From: Camelus dromedarius
Lineage: Eukaryota
Assembly: GCF_036321535.1 (NCBI RefSeq)
Contig: NC_087436.1
Location: forward strand, 53,384,001-53,448,000
Length of the DNA stretch: 64,000 nucleotides
Reading direction: 5' to 3'
The notes beneath the pieces are model-generated. The model was not told the origin of the DNA. It worked only from the letters and a program-made list of their open reading frames with translations, and ran no database searches. The stretch's first letter is position 1, and every line of letters begins with the position of its first letter. Position numbers and translations under genes: made by a program. This document shows positions 40,413-54,876 of the stretch, one piece after another.

Positions 40413-43400
40413 AATAATCTCTCTTAATGCATGGACCCAAACTTTGGGAGCTTCTGGCAGTCTCACAAATTACATTGAAACCCAGAACTTGCCATGGATC
40501 TGCAAAATGCATAATCACTAAGATTAATTTAACAGAAAAGAATTTTTAACAAGAAATGTTTTTTTTAACAACATTAACACTCGTGCTACAGAGGCCAGAT
40601 TTGACCCTTTCTTTTTAAAGATGGCTCAGCATGCAAATGTTGCTGATCCTGTCATTCATCATTTGATAAACAAATCTTGGATATAACAACTCTCTGCCAG
40701 GCATGATTGGCAGCCACCATCTGCATGATTTGAACAAGATGGATGTGGTCCTTACCTTCAGAGAGCTTATAGTCTCATAAGGGAAGCTAGGCATTAAACA
40801 TGTAAACACATAAATAAATAATTACAAACTATGATAAATATTAGAAAAAGAATATAGTTGGTTTCTATGAACCAAAATGAAAAGATGGACAAATTTTGGA
40901 TCGAAAGGCAGGCTTTAAATACTGTGGGGAGCTATAAATACTAATACAGCAATATGTGTATATAATAGGCCTAGACATATTTGTATTGGGGGCTAATCTC
41001 TTTAGAAAATATGACATTTATTGTCTTTTGGGGTATGTTCTCTGATTTTTAGGTTTTTATTATTTGTTTGGCTATCATGCTTTGCTTTTAACATTAGCAG
41101 GATATGAAAGTCTTTGAGTTATAATTATTCATTTATTTTTATTACTATTCAATAAAACGTGTGATGTTTTTACAGCTAGCAAATAGCAGAGTCAAAACTC
41201 TAGGCAAGGTTAATCTAGTTCTAAAGCCTTGACCACTGCCTTCAGGACAATTACAGATTGTTGAAGACTAAGTTGACATTAGTGCATACAATTAACAAAA
41301 AGATGAAGTACACTTAAAGTAAAGCAAAATGTTACACTGAACAGTTCACATAAAAATTCTTTAAAACTTCACATATGACTACCAACTTTATAAAATTTCA
41401 GACTATCACCTGAATCACAGAGTGAATAGCATGAGCAATTGTTAAAAGAAAATTGCTACATAAATGCACAAATGAATACATAACACTATGAAATCTGAAT
41501 AAGGTCAGTGGATTCTATCAAAGCCAATTTCCTGTTTATGATATTGTATTACACTTTTACAAGATGTTACCACTGGGGTAAACTAGATGAAGGGTGCATA
41601 GGATCTTGTTTTATTTCTTACAACTACATATGAATTTATAATTATATCAAAATAAAATTTTAATTTAAAAACTGTGTGATGTTTTAACAACTCAGTATCT
41701 TTTTCTATGGTCTCTTCGTCTTTGTTTTATCCTGAGGAAAAACATATTATGCTGACTCTGTTTCAGAGCAGCTCAGGTTCATTCTGTGACTGTTCCCCAG
41801 TCATAACTGTGAGGTGCCTAGAGCTTGCATTGTAAGCCAGTATTAAAGAATGACTATAAGTCCATTTAAATCCTGTGCACTATATTCACTCTAGAGAAAT
41901 CGCTGGATGAAAAAGAGATACTACTAACACAGAATTTGAAAGTGAAAGCTGAAAGTGCTATGAAGGAAAAGTATAGGGGCTTTGAGAGTGTAAAACGGGG
42001 CCCAGAGAGATTTGAGGAGGCCTACATTGAATAAGTGATATTTAAGCTAAAATCTGAAAAATGAATTATATTTGCCTAATATCACAATGCTAAAATAATT
42101 ATGTTGTTATGAATTATCTTACAGACATTCATCTAAAGATGAAAAAATTACCTTTTCTAACTAGGATTTAGAGTAGTAATTCTATATAATATTTATTAAC
42201 AATAAAAATAAAAAGTGAAAATTTAATTTAAATTTTTATTGTAAATTTTACAGTAAAAGAAAAATGAACAATATCCTAGAAGTCAAAAATCTACTTAAGG
42301 GTAAGGGCAAGAATAGGGAAATTACAGAGTCCAAATTTTACCAATGTAAAATCATCCAACTCAGCAGCTTAACTGAAAAAAAAAAATGAACTTTGTAATC
42401 AAACAGATTTAAAATCAAATCCATGCTCCCCTAACTAACAACTGAGTGATATTAAACAAGGTAGCTATGCTATTTTATCTGTTAGTAGGAAACATAATAT
42501 CCACCTCACAACTGTAGTGAAAATTAAATCAATAAAGTGCCTGATTTTAATGAGGTATTCAGTGAGGGTTAATTTCCTCCCACTAAATAAAACCAAACAA
42601 CAGTTTTATCTTAGTTAATAATTTAAAAAGCAAACAGGAATTATAACAGGACAAAGTCCTATTATAAAAATCAGTCTCTCAAAGAGAATGAAATTTCTCC
42701 TTTCCTTTCCCCAAGATGGAAACTGTGGGATCAAAGGACCTTTGGCTAGGAATTTGAGTCCTTACCAGCACGAACACTTTAAAGTCTCTTGTCTAAAAAT
42801 CAGAAAACTTTCACTGAAGAGTCAGTCAAGTGGCTCCATTATGACTGCTCTCACTGGCACAGGGGAAATCTTCTCAACCCAAATAGAATGGCCTGTAGAC
42901 TCCTGGAACCTGGGTTGTGGCCTCATGCTAATTATGATGCAATTAATGTGTGCTCCCTTTCTCTCCTCACTATAGTTTTAGATCACATGTTCTCTGAGAA
43001 TTAGTGTTTATCCTTGGGATATAGGTGTGTGGATGGTATAAACAGATGATAAAATTAATCCAGCAGTTAAATTTAAAACAAAAATTATAAAAAGATATGA
43101 TTGCTTATACTAGCATGAACATCTTCCAGGAGAACCAACATAGAGGACCCAACCCATCCCAGATCTAGGATCCCAAAGCTATTACCCCACAAATTGTTGG
43201 CTACCATTCCACAAATGAAATATAATTTGGTATTAGACTGTGCTCCCCTAGTCTTGAAACTGCTGTTTCAGCTGGAGTTTTGGGGATTACTCAAGAACTC
43301 AAAACCAAGTGACATAGATTTAGGGGGATGATTTTTTGCTTAACATTATGACAAAATTCAATTTAAACTTTAAAAAAAAGAGAGAGATTTCTTTGGTAGA

Positions 43401-44166
43401 AAAAAGAAAACTTCAGATTTTATCTACATAATCCAGATATGTGCTATGCATGTGGGTCCCCAGCTTTCATTCACTATCCCCCCTCCAAAAAATTCTTGGG
43501 GTCCCCATGACAATTACTGAAGTACATACTCCCTCCATGCTTCCTGAGCATCTCCAGGAGCTAACATTCACATGGTCTGAATTCCTGCTCCTCATGAATC
43601 ATTTTTTAATCATCCCACTGGTCAGCTGTCATCCTGGAGCCCTCCTTATTGGGGGGCTACTTCACTATATGCTCTATTTTCCCTCTCCCTGTAGTTCCTA
43701 AAGCACCAATACAAGGCCCTTGTGGATACCAGACTTTGCTGATGATTGAGGAAAGATAGATTACAGTACAGTGTGACATAAACAGACAATATTAAATTTA
43801 ATATTAGGCTCTGCTGCTTTCATGTCCTCTGGCCACCCTCACTCATGGAGTTTTACATGAGCTGTCTCTCTTCTCTCTCATATCTCATTCAAGCCCATTC
43901 TTGCCCTCCTCTACATTTTCTCCAAGAACTGGTACTTCTGGTGCACCCATCCACAAGCAAAACACCAAAAATTGTCCCTATTTTATTACTTACCCTAATA
44001 TAATTCTTATTTGTCTACACTTCTTCCACTTAAGCTCTGACAGAAGTCTTGCCTTACATTACCATCCAAAACCACTGAGGCATTTTTCCCACACCAATCT
44101 GAACCTTTTGTTTTTCCTTGGCCAAATGTCACAAACTATAGCCAGATTTTAAAATAACACGTTTTC

Positions 44167-46899
44167 AGGAGAGAGACCAACATGGCAAAGTAGAAGGACA
44201 TACATCTACATGTGTGCCAATTCTCACTGAAAACAAACTGGAGACTGACAGACTCTTACACAACCAAGGCTTTAAGAAAGATCCACAGAATCAGGCAAGA
44301 AGGGAGGAGAAGTAAAGAGAAGTGATCAGTCAGGACCTGCGGAGGGGACATAGATGAGGAGGGGGATTACATGGGCTTGGGGATCCTCCTTGGGGAGTAA
44401 GCAGTGTGAAATACATATTGGGCATCTAAGATCTGGGGTCCAACATTGGGAGGGCGAATTCTCTTAGCTGGTTTTAAAACCAGTGGAACTGATAGTGAGG
44501 CTGTAAGAAACCTAGACTCTGCTCATGAAGGATGCATACACACTTGCTTATTCCCGAAACAAGGCAGAAGCAGCAAACTGAAATCATCTGGGACTCTGAT
44601 CATTTTCTCACATACTCGGTGTGCACCAGCCTGAACCAAGTGCCTGCTCCAGTCCGTGTTCCATGGCACAGTCCACATTAGGGCAAGGGCTAATGCAGTG
44701 AGGGGGAGTACACAGTTGTGCAGGATGGAGTTGGCTAGGGCCCAACATGGCATCTGAATGGGGTGAAGGTGGCCAGTGCTGGTGCCCATGGAGGCAAATC
44801 AGAAGCAGTTCAGAACTCTAACTGGGACTGAGACTGCCACAGCTCATGCCCTGACCCGTGCTAAGCACCCATACTGCCTTTCTTGCACCAGCACTGCTCC
44901 TCTCTGGGGCAAGGGTGTGAGTGCTGGGAAGGGGGAGAGCACACACTTAGAACAGAGCCAGCTCAGATCCAAACCTTAGGGTTTTTGCTCCAGTAACTTA
45001 GAACCTGATCCCATTCCCAACAGGGTCCTTTTGGCCACTGAGCAGAAGAGAAGCTCTGGCTCACACCTGGCTCCGGCTCTAGCCCCTCTGTCTCCACCCC
45101 ACCTCCTACCAAGGTGATAGCTGCCAGCACACCCTGGGGGAAGATGTGACTCATGCTCACTTCAGATCCAGCTCTCCCCCTAAAGCCATTAGGCACACAC
45201 AGACTGTATAGGGACATTCCCACACAATGACAGCCCTTCAAGACCAGAATAGGTAACTGTTTCACCAAATTTCATAGAGCAAAGAAAGTTAAGCAAAATG
45301 AGAAGACAGAGGAATTTATTTCAAATGAAAGAATAAGAGAAAATCCCTGAAAAACCAACAAATGAAACAGAAATAAATAATTTACCAGATAAAGAGTTCA
45401 AAGCATTTGTGATAAGAATGCTAACTGAATTAGGGAAAAGAATAAATGAACACAGTGAGAAAATTAATAAGGAACTAGAAAATATAAAAAACAGTCAGGA
45501 CTGAAGAATACAATAACTAAAATAACTAGAAGGAATCAACAGCAGACTAGGTGATATAGAACACATAAGTCATATAAAAAATAGAAAAATGAAAATCACC
45601 CAATCGTAACAGTGAAAAAAAAGATTTTAATGAGAATAGTTTAAGGGACCTTTGGGACAATAACAAGCATACTAACATTTGCATTATAGGGATCCTAGAA
45701 GGAGAAGAGAGAGAAAAGGGTGGGAAATGTATTTGATGACATTATTCTGAAAATTTCCCGAGTCTTCCCAGATATCTAGGTACTGGAAGCACAGAGGGTA
45801 CCAAAGCAGATGAACCCAAACAGACCTGCAACAAGACATATCATAATTAAAATGGCAAAAGTTAAATATAAAGAAAGAATTCTAAATGCAGTAAAAGAAA
45901 AACAAAGTCATATACAAGGGAACCCCCATAAGGCTATTAGCTGATTTTTCTGCAGAAACTTTGCAGGCCAGAAGGGAGTGACATGATATAGTTGAAGTGC
46001 TGAAAGGGAAAAGCCTGCAACCTAGGATACTCTACCCAGGGAGATTATCATTTAGAATTGAAAGACAGATAAAGAACTTCTCAGATAAGCAAAAACTAAG
46101 AGTTCATCAATACTAAACCTCCCCTAAAAGAAATATTAGAAGATCTTCTCTAAGTGAAAAAGAAAAGGCTACAACAAGAATCTATAGGAAAGGAAAAAAA
46201 ATCTCACTAGTAAAGGCAAATATATAGTAAAGGCTATGGATCAACCACTTAAACAAACTAGTACAAAGATTAAAAGACAAAAAATCATAAAATCAACTAT
46301 GACTACAACAAACAGAAAAGGGACAAACAAGAAGATGAGAAATATGACATCAAAAAAAAAAAAAAAAAAAACCATGGGGAAGGGGAGTTAAAAAAAAAAG
46401 TAGATCTTTTATAATATGTTTAACCTTAAGTGACTACCAGTTTAAAACAAGTAGATAAAGTTGTAGGTCAACCCCATGGTAACAACAAATCAAAAACCTA
46501 CAATAGATACACAAAAAGTACAGAGAAAGGAACACAAGCCTATCACTAAAGAAAATCAACTCATAAGGGAAGAAACTAAAAGAATAAAAGAACAGAGAAA
46601 AACTACAAAGACACTAGAAAACAAGTAACAAAATGGCAATAAGTGCACACCAATCAATAATCACTTTAAATATCAAAGGACTAAATGCTCCAATCAAGAC
46701 ATAGGCTCGCTGATTGGATTAAAAAAGCAAGACCCATCTATATGCTACTTACAAGGGACTCACTTTAGAGCTAAAGACACATAGAGACTGAAAGTTAGGA
46801 GGTGGATAAAGATAATTCATGCAAGTGGAAATGACAAGAAATCTGGGGTAGCAATACTCATATCAGACAAAATAGACTTTAAAACAAAGCCTATAACAA
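44167..46899 (+). mobile_element. 3'-truncated L1: 5'UTR, ORF1 and the start of the ORF2 endonuclease
   Basis: Starts gagagaccaacatggc. ORF1 remnants at about 45298-46153. Ends after tcagacaaaatagactttaaaac. Near-perfect flanking direct repeats at 44150-44166 and 46900-46916. Confidence 0.85.
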
Positions 46900-47015
46900 T
46901 AAAGTAACACTTTTTCTTCCTGTTATATAAGTATACCCTTGCCTAAATGGATGTATATAAATTCATCTAAGGAAAGTGCATATGAAGCAAAACATTGTAA
47001 TTCCTCACCAAAGAC

Positions 47016-47458
47016 TGATAAAGACTCTCTACTGAACTTGAGTCAGGCTGTTCTGAGCCCTCTTCTGACTACGCTCTGACCTTAGGTTCTGTCTTAGCCT
47101 GCTTACTTAGTTTTAGCAACAATCCTTCTGGGTCAATTTAGCAAAAATCCTCCACCCTCAATATCTGATCAAAGTCCTAAACCCTCACCCTTTATATCTT
47201 ATCACCCTAGTATGCCTTCAGCAAGAATCTGTTGAGTTGATCTAGCAAGAATCACCCTAGTCAATGCTTCCTCTTAGTAAACTTCCTTCCACTGACTCCC
47301 AGCCTACTCCTTGGCTATGAATCTCCACGTGTCCTTGTTGTATTCAATGTTGAGCCAGATCTCTCTCCATTATTGTAAAACCCCCATTGCAGTAGCCCTT
47401 CTTAAATAGTCTTCCTTACTGTCTTTAACTAGTGTCGTGAATAATTTTTTCTTTAATA
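47016..47458 (+). mobile_element. MER31-like ERV1 solo LTR
   Basis: Starts tgataaagactctct, has agtcaggct..ctgagccctctt and repeated ttagcaagaat/gatatctgatc motifs, and ends ttttctttaa(t)a. Confidence 0.7.
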
Positions 47459-49543
47459 GAAGTCAGTTATAACTGAAGTTTATAAGAAAGTGAAGGTATC
47501 CCAAGAAAATGCATATTTTCATTGAATCATCAAAATATTCTTAGCTTTTAAAAAACATGAAAGAACATAAAGCTTATTGGACTTAAATTCAATATTTAAA
47601 GAGAAAATAAGACAAGAATTAATGGCATGTTGTTCTTCAAAAATGTCAATGTCATGAAAGATAAAGAAAGCCTAAGAAACTGCTCACAATTAAAGGAGAC
47701 AAATGAGATATGACAACTAAAGGTGATAAATGATCTCTGGACTTGATTTTGCACTCATAGGGGGAAACAGGCTATAAAGGACATTACTGGAAAATGATTA
47801 AAACTGGAATATGGACTGTAGTTATTTTTCCTTATACTTTAAAGAAAATTTTTCTATTTTGAAACAATAGTAGGTGGTCCTTACTGGATGCCATTCTCAT
47901 ACTAGGATTTCTAAACTGATTTCTTAGGACTGGTTTATGAGCCTTATGCAAGGTTTGGGGTTCAGAATTCAGTCCTAAGAAATCAATTTATAAGCTACAC
48001 CTAAGACACAAATGAAACTAACTCCATAATAGACAACAATAAAGAAAAACTAAGTATGAAGACGAATATATATATAATATATATGTACACCAGAAAATGA
48101 TACACTGTAAACGACTATACTTCAATAAAAAATAAAATAAAATAAATTTTTTAAAAAAGAAAACCCAAGGAGGATAAAAAGAAAGATTTATACTTAGGGG
48201 CACTAGTGGTATACATTTTGGGATTTCAAAATGAAATTATAAAAGGAATGAAATAACTGTCTAAAGTTTAAAAATACACCAACAGCAGAAAAATTAAAAT
48301 GAAAAAACTCCGTAATTGGATATGTTAACATTATGTGACTGTTCTTTTCAGCTTCAAATATTTGTTGAAATAACAAAAGGTCAGAAAGTAATAATTCTCA
48401 TAGTATCAACCCAAGATTTGGGATTTCACTTTGTTGGTTCTACCAGTTTTTTTTTTTTTTCCCAACATAGTTTCTTAAATTACATAACTTTAGAGCTGGA
48501 AGGGATATTTTGAAGACAAGATCTAGTTCAAGCCTGTCACTTTACAGATGATACAATCTAGGCACATAGATAACCATTCTTGCTCAAGATTACATAATAA
48601 ATGGCTGAATCAGGACTTGATCTAAGGTCTCCTGACTTTACCCCTACACAGTACTTGACCCGTACATAGAAAAATAAGTCCTTGATTTTGTGATAGAAAG
48701 GGAAATCCTATCATATGTAAATATAGGAATGAAAATTTCTTGAGCAATTAACCATGGGTCAAATTAAAAGAATGAACGTCTATGAAACTATCTACCCAGC
48801 TCATCTTTTCACTAGGTTCTGCCTCTTCCTTAAGTTTATAAGATCCTCAGAGTCATCCTTTATTGATGGGACTAAGTGCAGTACCAAAACTCCTTGAAAA
48901 TTTAGCATCCAGATGAAAGAAAATGTGTTATTTAGCCTCTTTTTAAGAGTCTGGCCGAAGAATTTGTGACCTGGGGAAATAGTCATAATTTCAACCACAT
49001 GAACAGAGAAAAGAAAGCCAATCTGCAGCAAGAGGATTGAAGAGCAAGCACAGACAGAAGCAGAGAAGGGAGATGGAGCAATCCTGGTGGAGGTCTAACA
49101 CCTAGTCCCAATTCCTTCCTGAAGCCGATTTGCCTCTTTGCTTTGGGACTCCATGACACATCGCTCTATATTTATAAATAAATCTCTGGCCAAAAGTCAG
49201 CTCAAGTGAGATACTGCAACCAAACAATCCCAAGTAATTCTATACCCTTTGCAATTCAAAGCATAGTACATTCCAAGCAGCCCTTTATTTGTGTAAGGTG
49301 ATATCCATCAAAACAGACACATTTTCTTTCTCACTAGCAGTAATATATTTACACTGATCCATTAATATTTTCTCACCCAATTCTCTTTGTAATGTTTAAA
49401 GACAAACATTAGCAATTTAACAGTTTGATTTAAAGCCCTGGAACAGAAAAAAATCTAATTAATTCACAGGAGTTGAGCCAATAATGTTGACATAGCACAC
49501 TACTCAACCTACTGGCTAACAAAGAGAAGCATGTGGTAATTGA

Positions 49544-50025
49544 TGTTGTGAAGGAAAAGTACTGCAATCCGTATCAGTAAACAAAGAATGCTGAAACCAT
49601 CAAGTCATCAGCGGCTGCCGCCACTCCCCAGTGAAGACAAGCCTGTAGCCCAGCCTCTGCAGCCACTCACAATGGGGCATTCTGAGGGGACTCAGAATAA
49701 TAAAGGACAAGATACCGGCCCTAAATAGCTAGGTGCTTGTCAAAGGAATGAATTCAATGAGCCCAAATGTTTGCTTCCTCCCATACATAGAAAAGTGCTA
49801 AATTCTTTAACTTGAGATGCCTGGTTTTCTTTAGATAACAAGTAATCTTTTATTGTTCCAACTACCTGGTCTTTGTTGTAAAGCTCCTATATATCCTAGC
49901 TCCTCCCCTGCCTCATCGGAGCAGTCCCTCAGAGCCATCTGAGGGGCTGTCACCCCAGCTGGAGTCCTCCCGCCAAGTAAAACATAACTCTCAACTTTTA
50001 GGCTGTGCATTTATTTCAGTCGACA
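49544..50025 (+). mobile_element. ERV solo LTR (family not identified)
   Basis: TG...CA ends, a TATA-like cctatatatcc, and a 3' end taaaacataactctcaacttttagg..cagtcgaca. No clean TSD is visible. Confidence 0.6.
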
Positions 50026-53000
50026 ATATATACATAAAATTTACACAAGGAACAGGAAAATCATAGAAGTTGAAGGGGCTAATATTTATACATGTCTATT
50101 CATGGGAGATATTTTGAATTTAAGTCATTAATTTTCTTTAAGTAAATGCATCTCTAGAGCAGAGAATAAGTAAGGAGCATTCATTCAGGTTTATTGTGAT
50201 ACCGATTGATTCCCCAATATGATTCTTCTCCCAGATGATTAAACTAAGCCTAAAAGCAACTTTTAACATTCTCCCTTGCAATTGTTATTGGCCTAGAAGA
50301 AACGGGCATGTGATTTGAGTTGGCCTAATTAGCTTACAATCTCCCATGAGTTTAATTCGGTTATCTCTGGGTTTGTTTGTTTCTTTTTCAGGACTACCTC
50401 ATCCTGGATGAGATGACATTTTTTTTTTTCTGGAATTGCAAATCTAGTAATCAAATTCAAACCAGTCTTCTCTCTCTCCCTCTTCCTTCTTCCCTTCCCC
50501 TCTATCTCAATCTCACATGAATAAGGAATCATGTAGTACCAATTAGGAATTGTGATCAAAAGGAGAATCAGCCCTTGATGAATTCAATAGTGACAGCAGA
50601 GCAAAAGATAAAATTGGGGTTCTTTCTAACATCACTGAACCACTAAATTAACCAACTCCAGAGCCAGCCCTACCTCTGGAAATCTAATTAAAGCTATAAT
50701 GATCTTATTAAACCAGTTTGAGTTAGAGATTTCTATCATTTTCTGCCAAAAAAATATCTTGAATAAGTTAAGCCCCCCTTAGTCTAAATAAAATATTCCC
50801 AACTTTCTTTTGATTTCCCAAAAGCCAACTGATGTATCTGAACTCTGAAGTCTAAATGGACCTACTGATTAGCAAGGATATGGCCTTTGCAGGGATCAGT
50901 AATGCATTTCTGACGGGTCCTGTATATCTCCTATTATAAATTAACTAATAGGTATTACAGTGTGCAGTCACCTATAAGTTTAATTTTATGACTCTTTTCT
51001 CAGAAGTACCTTATCCTTGGATGAAAAAAAATTTCTGCTTTTTAGAACTTTAAAATTAGTAAGAAAATCATGGGTCAGATGTTTATGATATGCTATACGA
51101 ATATATGAATCTGTATTCCAAATTATGCTTTAAAAGGATGAATCACATACATTTGTAAAGTGTAAGAGTAATCATCTCCAGCAATACACAAATCATCAAT
51201 TTTCTCAGTAATTCATAATAACTTCTAATTATTCCATCCCACCACCACCTCTCCCCCAAATCAAAAAATAAAATGCAACAGTTAATATGCTTTTTAAAAA
51301 TGCATTGACCTCAGGGAGTGACTCTTCTACCTTAACTCAAACCATCTCAGATTAGAAGTATCTTTCCTCTTATCAAATAGCCTTAAGACTGCAACACTAT
51401 GTGAATAACTACAGAAGCTCCAGAGTGGTCTGGAGCTGGAAGCATGCCCCCACTCCTCATGGAGAGTGTCCCAACATCTTCTTGGGAAAAGAATCAGAGG
51501 GAACTATCAGTCACACAGGCACATCTTCTTAGCCAGTACTACCCTTAGACAAGGTCACCCTTTCGTGGCAAAACTGCTTTCACCACAAGCAAATGCTCTG
51601 TGATTTGGTTAATATTACTTAATATCTGAATTTGGTATCTCCTCACTGGTATAAAATTAAAATATCTTTATAAAGTCAGTACCACAGACCTGTTTGCTCT
51701 GTAAAATCCTTCCAGGAAAATGGGTCTCTTAACCATTTGGGTCATTGAATTTCTAAGCCACCAAACAGATGGCCTTGGAAACATAAGTGAAAATAATTAA
51801 ATCAATTACTAAGATATTTGCTAAACTTGAAACTTAATTTGAGTTACTAGATTTACTGCAGAAACTGTATCTTCCTTCTGTTGTGCGCCAGCTCTCCCAA
51901 ATAATACTATCCTTTTTTTTTTTTTCCACTTGTGCATTTTAGTTTTATTTATTTTTAAAAACACAGAACCATTATTGTACATGTTTTATAGCCTTGCTTA
52001 AAGTCACTTAGGCTCATCAACATTACCCATTTCATAGTGCTATTATGGAGGGAAAATGAGAAAAATGCATGTATAGCACTTACAGTGCCTACCACATAAA
52101 AAGAAATCAACAAATGTTAACAACTACTATTGAAATCATACTGTTTTATAATGCTTTATATTCAGTTAACAATACATAATGAACAGTTTCATGCTATTAA
52201 ATCATATTCCACAATGTTATTTTGATTGCTTCAACATATACCATTAGATATAATTATATTTTCATGGATCTTGTCTTGTTGGGCATTTAGATTGTCCTTT
52301 TTACTATTAAATCCATGCTTCAAAGAACATTCTTATGGATACATATTTGTATATATCTATGCCTATTTGCTTAAGATATAGTTTTAGATTTTTTCTTATT
52401 TAAAAATAATATATACATTCTGTTTTAAAAAGCAAGTGGTATTACAAGTTTTATACTACTGCTAAAAAGTATTATTAGTGGTAGTAGTAAAATAAGTAAT
52501 ATCTTGTTTTTATAATAAAATAACAAGCTTATGTTTCATTTTCCCTATTCTAAGTCCATAGGCAATTATGTTCATATTTGTTAGTTTCATATTCTAAATA
52601 ATATTTTTTACAAGAAATCACTTGACTTCTTAGAAGGGAAACTAAGAAATCTTCTGTCTTCACCACCTACCTTATCATTATATTTGATAAACTGGTATTT
52701 AGTATTTATAATGTACTTTTATTCACTATAGGGACATGTAATATGTGAAGATATATTTTTAGTTTTCTATGTAGCATTATTTTTCCATTGTAACATTTGA
52801 TTATCTTATTAAATCGATGCTGTGAATACTATCCTTTAAATTAAAGTTCCAGATCAACTTCCGGGAATCTTCTCTTATTCCACCCACCACTTTTCAGTTC
52901 ATCACCATGATTCCTCTCCTTCAAAGTGGGTTTAAAATTATTAGATTCACAGATTGGTATTTCTGTAGATTGCATACTGTCATCCTTTTTCTCTGATTGG

Positions 53001-53735
53001 ATTGAAGACAGGGTGTCTCTCTTTCCCCTAATACATAACCCAAGTACACAGTATCACACAGTACACTATAACTCAAAAAGATTCATCTAATATCTGTGAA
53101 AGCATTGAATGATTTCAAATTTAAATTAGTTAATAAGTACTAAATATTTTATATTGGTAAGGCAGTGCAAGGACACAAGATGAGAAGTCTTTGTACTTAA
53201 GGAGGAAGGTCAAGAAAAGAACAAAATGTTTCAGATTACAAGGCAGAATAAGATGGATGATATAAGAAACACACCAATTTCTCCAGGTGCTCAAAAGAAG
53301 GAAAATAATAGAACAACAGAAGAATCAGGAGAGACTTCATTTGGAAGCAGATTTCTAAGACGAGTCTTGAATAAAAAGTAGGAATTACACCTGTAGAAGT
53401 GGAGATACAGGAACAAAATTAACAAAGGCAGGTAAAAGGATAGCATAGGAGATGTTCAAGTGACAGCTGAGTTTTCCAGATTTGTTGAAACATAATGTAG
53501 CTATAATGAAGGAGTGGAATACTAACAGGCAACATGTATGGACAGATAGACTGAAAATCCTTAAGTTCAAGGATAACAAATTCATGCCTAATTTGACAGG
53601 TTTGTTAGGGAACCATCGAAGATTTTTGAATAGAAAATTATATGACTTTAACTTGCCTTTGGAAATCTATTCCTGAAATAGGAAGAGATCAGAAGATCAA
53701 TGAAGAAGTTATGAGAGAAGTACCATTTAAGAAAT

Positions 53736-54055
53736 TGTAGAATAGACTACACTGTATAGCACAGGGAAATATACACAAAATGTTATGATAACTCACAGAG
53801 AAAAAAATGTGACAATGAGTGTGTATATGTCCATGAATAACTGAAAAATTGTGCTGAACACTGGAATTTGACACAACATTGTAAAATGATTATAAATCAA
53901 TAAAAAATGTTTAAAAAATGATCAGAACTATCTCTCTTAAGCATAGTGTTTAGCATCAACCTGGAATCAATTCAGTTGTTATTGTTGTTTTAATGGAACT
54001 GCTTTTTTTTTCAATAAAACTTCAGTGAAATTTGTTAGAAGAAAAAAAAAAAAAA
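53736..54055 (+). mobile_element. Short young L1 3' end plus about 120 bp of non-L1 sequence and a second poly(A)
   Basis: 53736-53918 is the reverse complement of the family at about 7375-7570. A second AATAAA lies at 54013-54018 and an A14 run at 54042-54055. Confidence 0.65.
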
Positions 54056-54059
54056 GAAA

Positions 54060-54795
54060 CAGTGAGGAATACTACTTCACACTTTCTAGGATGGCCACAT
54101 GAAAGAACAAAAAGGAAAACAGCAAGTGTTGATGAAAAGTAGAGAAACTGGAAGTCTCATATATTGCTAGTGGAAAATGTAAAATGGTACAACCACTACA
54201 GAAAACAGTTTGGTAGTTCCTCAAAAATTAAACACAGAGTTATCATGACTTAGCAATTTCATTCCTAGTTATATACTCAAAAGAACTGAAAATATATGTT
54301 CTCTACCAAAAACTTGTACATGATTGTTTATAGCAGCGTTATTCATAACAGCCAAAAGTGAATAAAAAAATCCATCAACTGAAAAAAGATAAATAAATTG
54401 TGGTATATCCATACAATATAATATTACTTGGCAATAAAAAGGAATGAAGTAATGATGCATGTTACAATATGGATGAACCTTGAAAATATTATGTTAAGTG
54501 AAAACACAAAAGGCCTTATACTGTATGATCCCATTTAAATAAAATTCCAGGGTATGCAAATCCATAGAGATGGAAAGTAGATTAGCGGTTGCCAGAAGAT
54601 AGGCAAAGGAAGAAATTGGGAAGTATGGGGTTTCTTTTTGGGATGATGGAAATATTCTGGAATTAGTATTGGTGAAATTGCATAATATTGTGACTATATT
54701 CAGCAATCACTAAATTTTATACTTTAAAATGATTAAAATAGTAAATTTTATGTTAGGTGAATTTATCTCAATTTTTTAAAAAACAAACAAAAAAG
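54060..54795 (+). mobile_element. Old L1 (L1MB-like) 3' end
   Basis: gtaaaatggtacaaccact, atggatgaaccttgaaaatattatg and tactttaaaatg motifs. Confidence 0.8.
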
Positions 54796-54876
54796 AAAGA
54801 GTGAAGAAATGAACTGCAATGGTAGACAAATGGGTGAAATGTTAAGGAATTACAATCTACATGTTTTTACAACTAA

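Noticed and set aside
40430..44150. Possible exons of an antisense lncRNA crossing the ADH cluster
   Set aside because: This cannot be supported from sequence alone, and I saw no diagnostic features.
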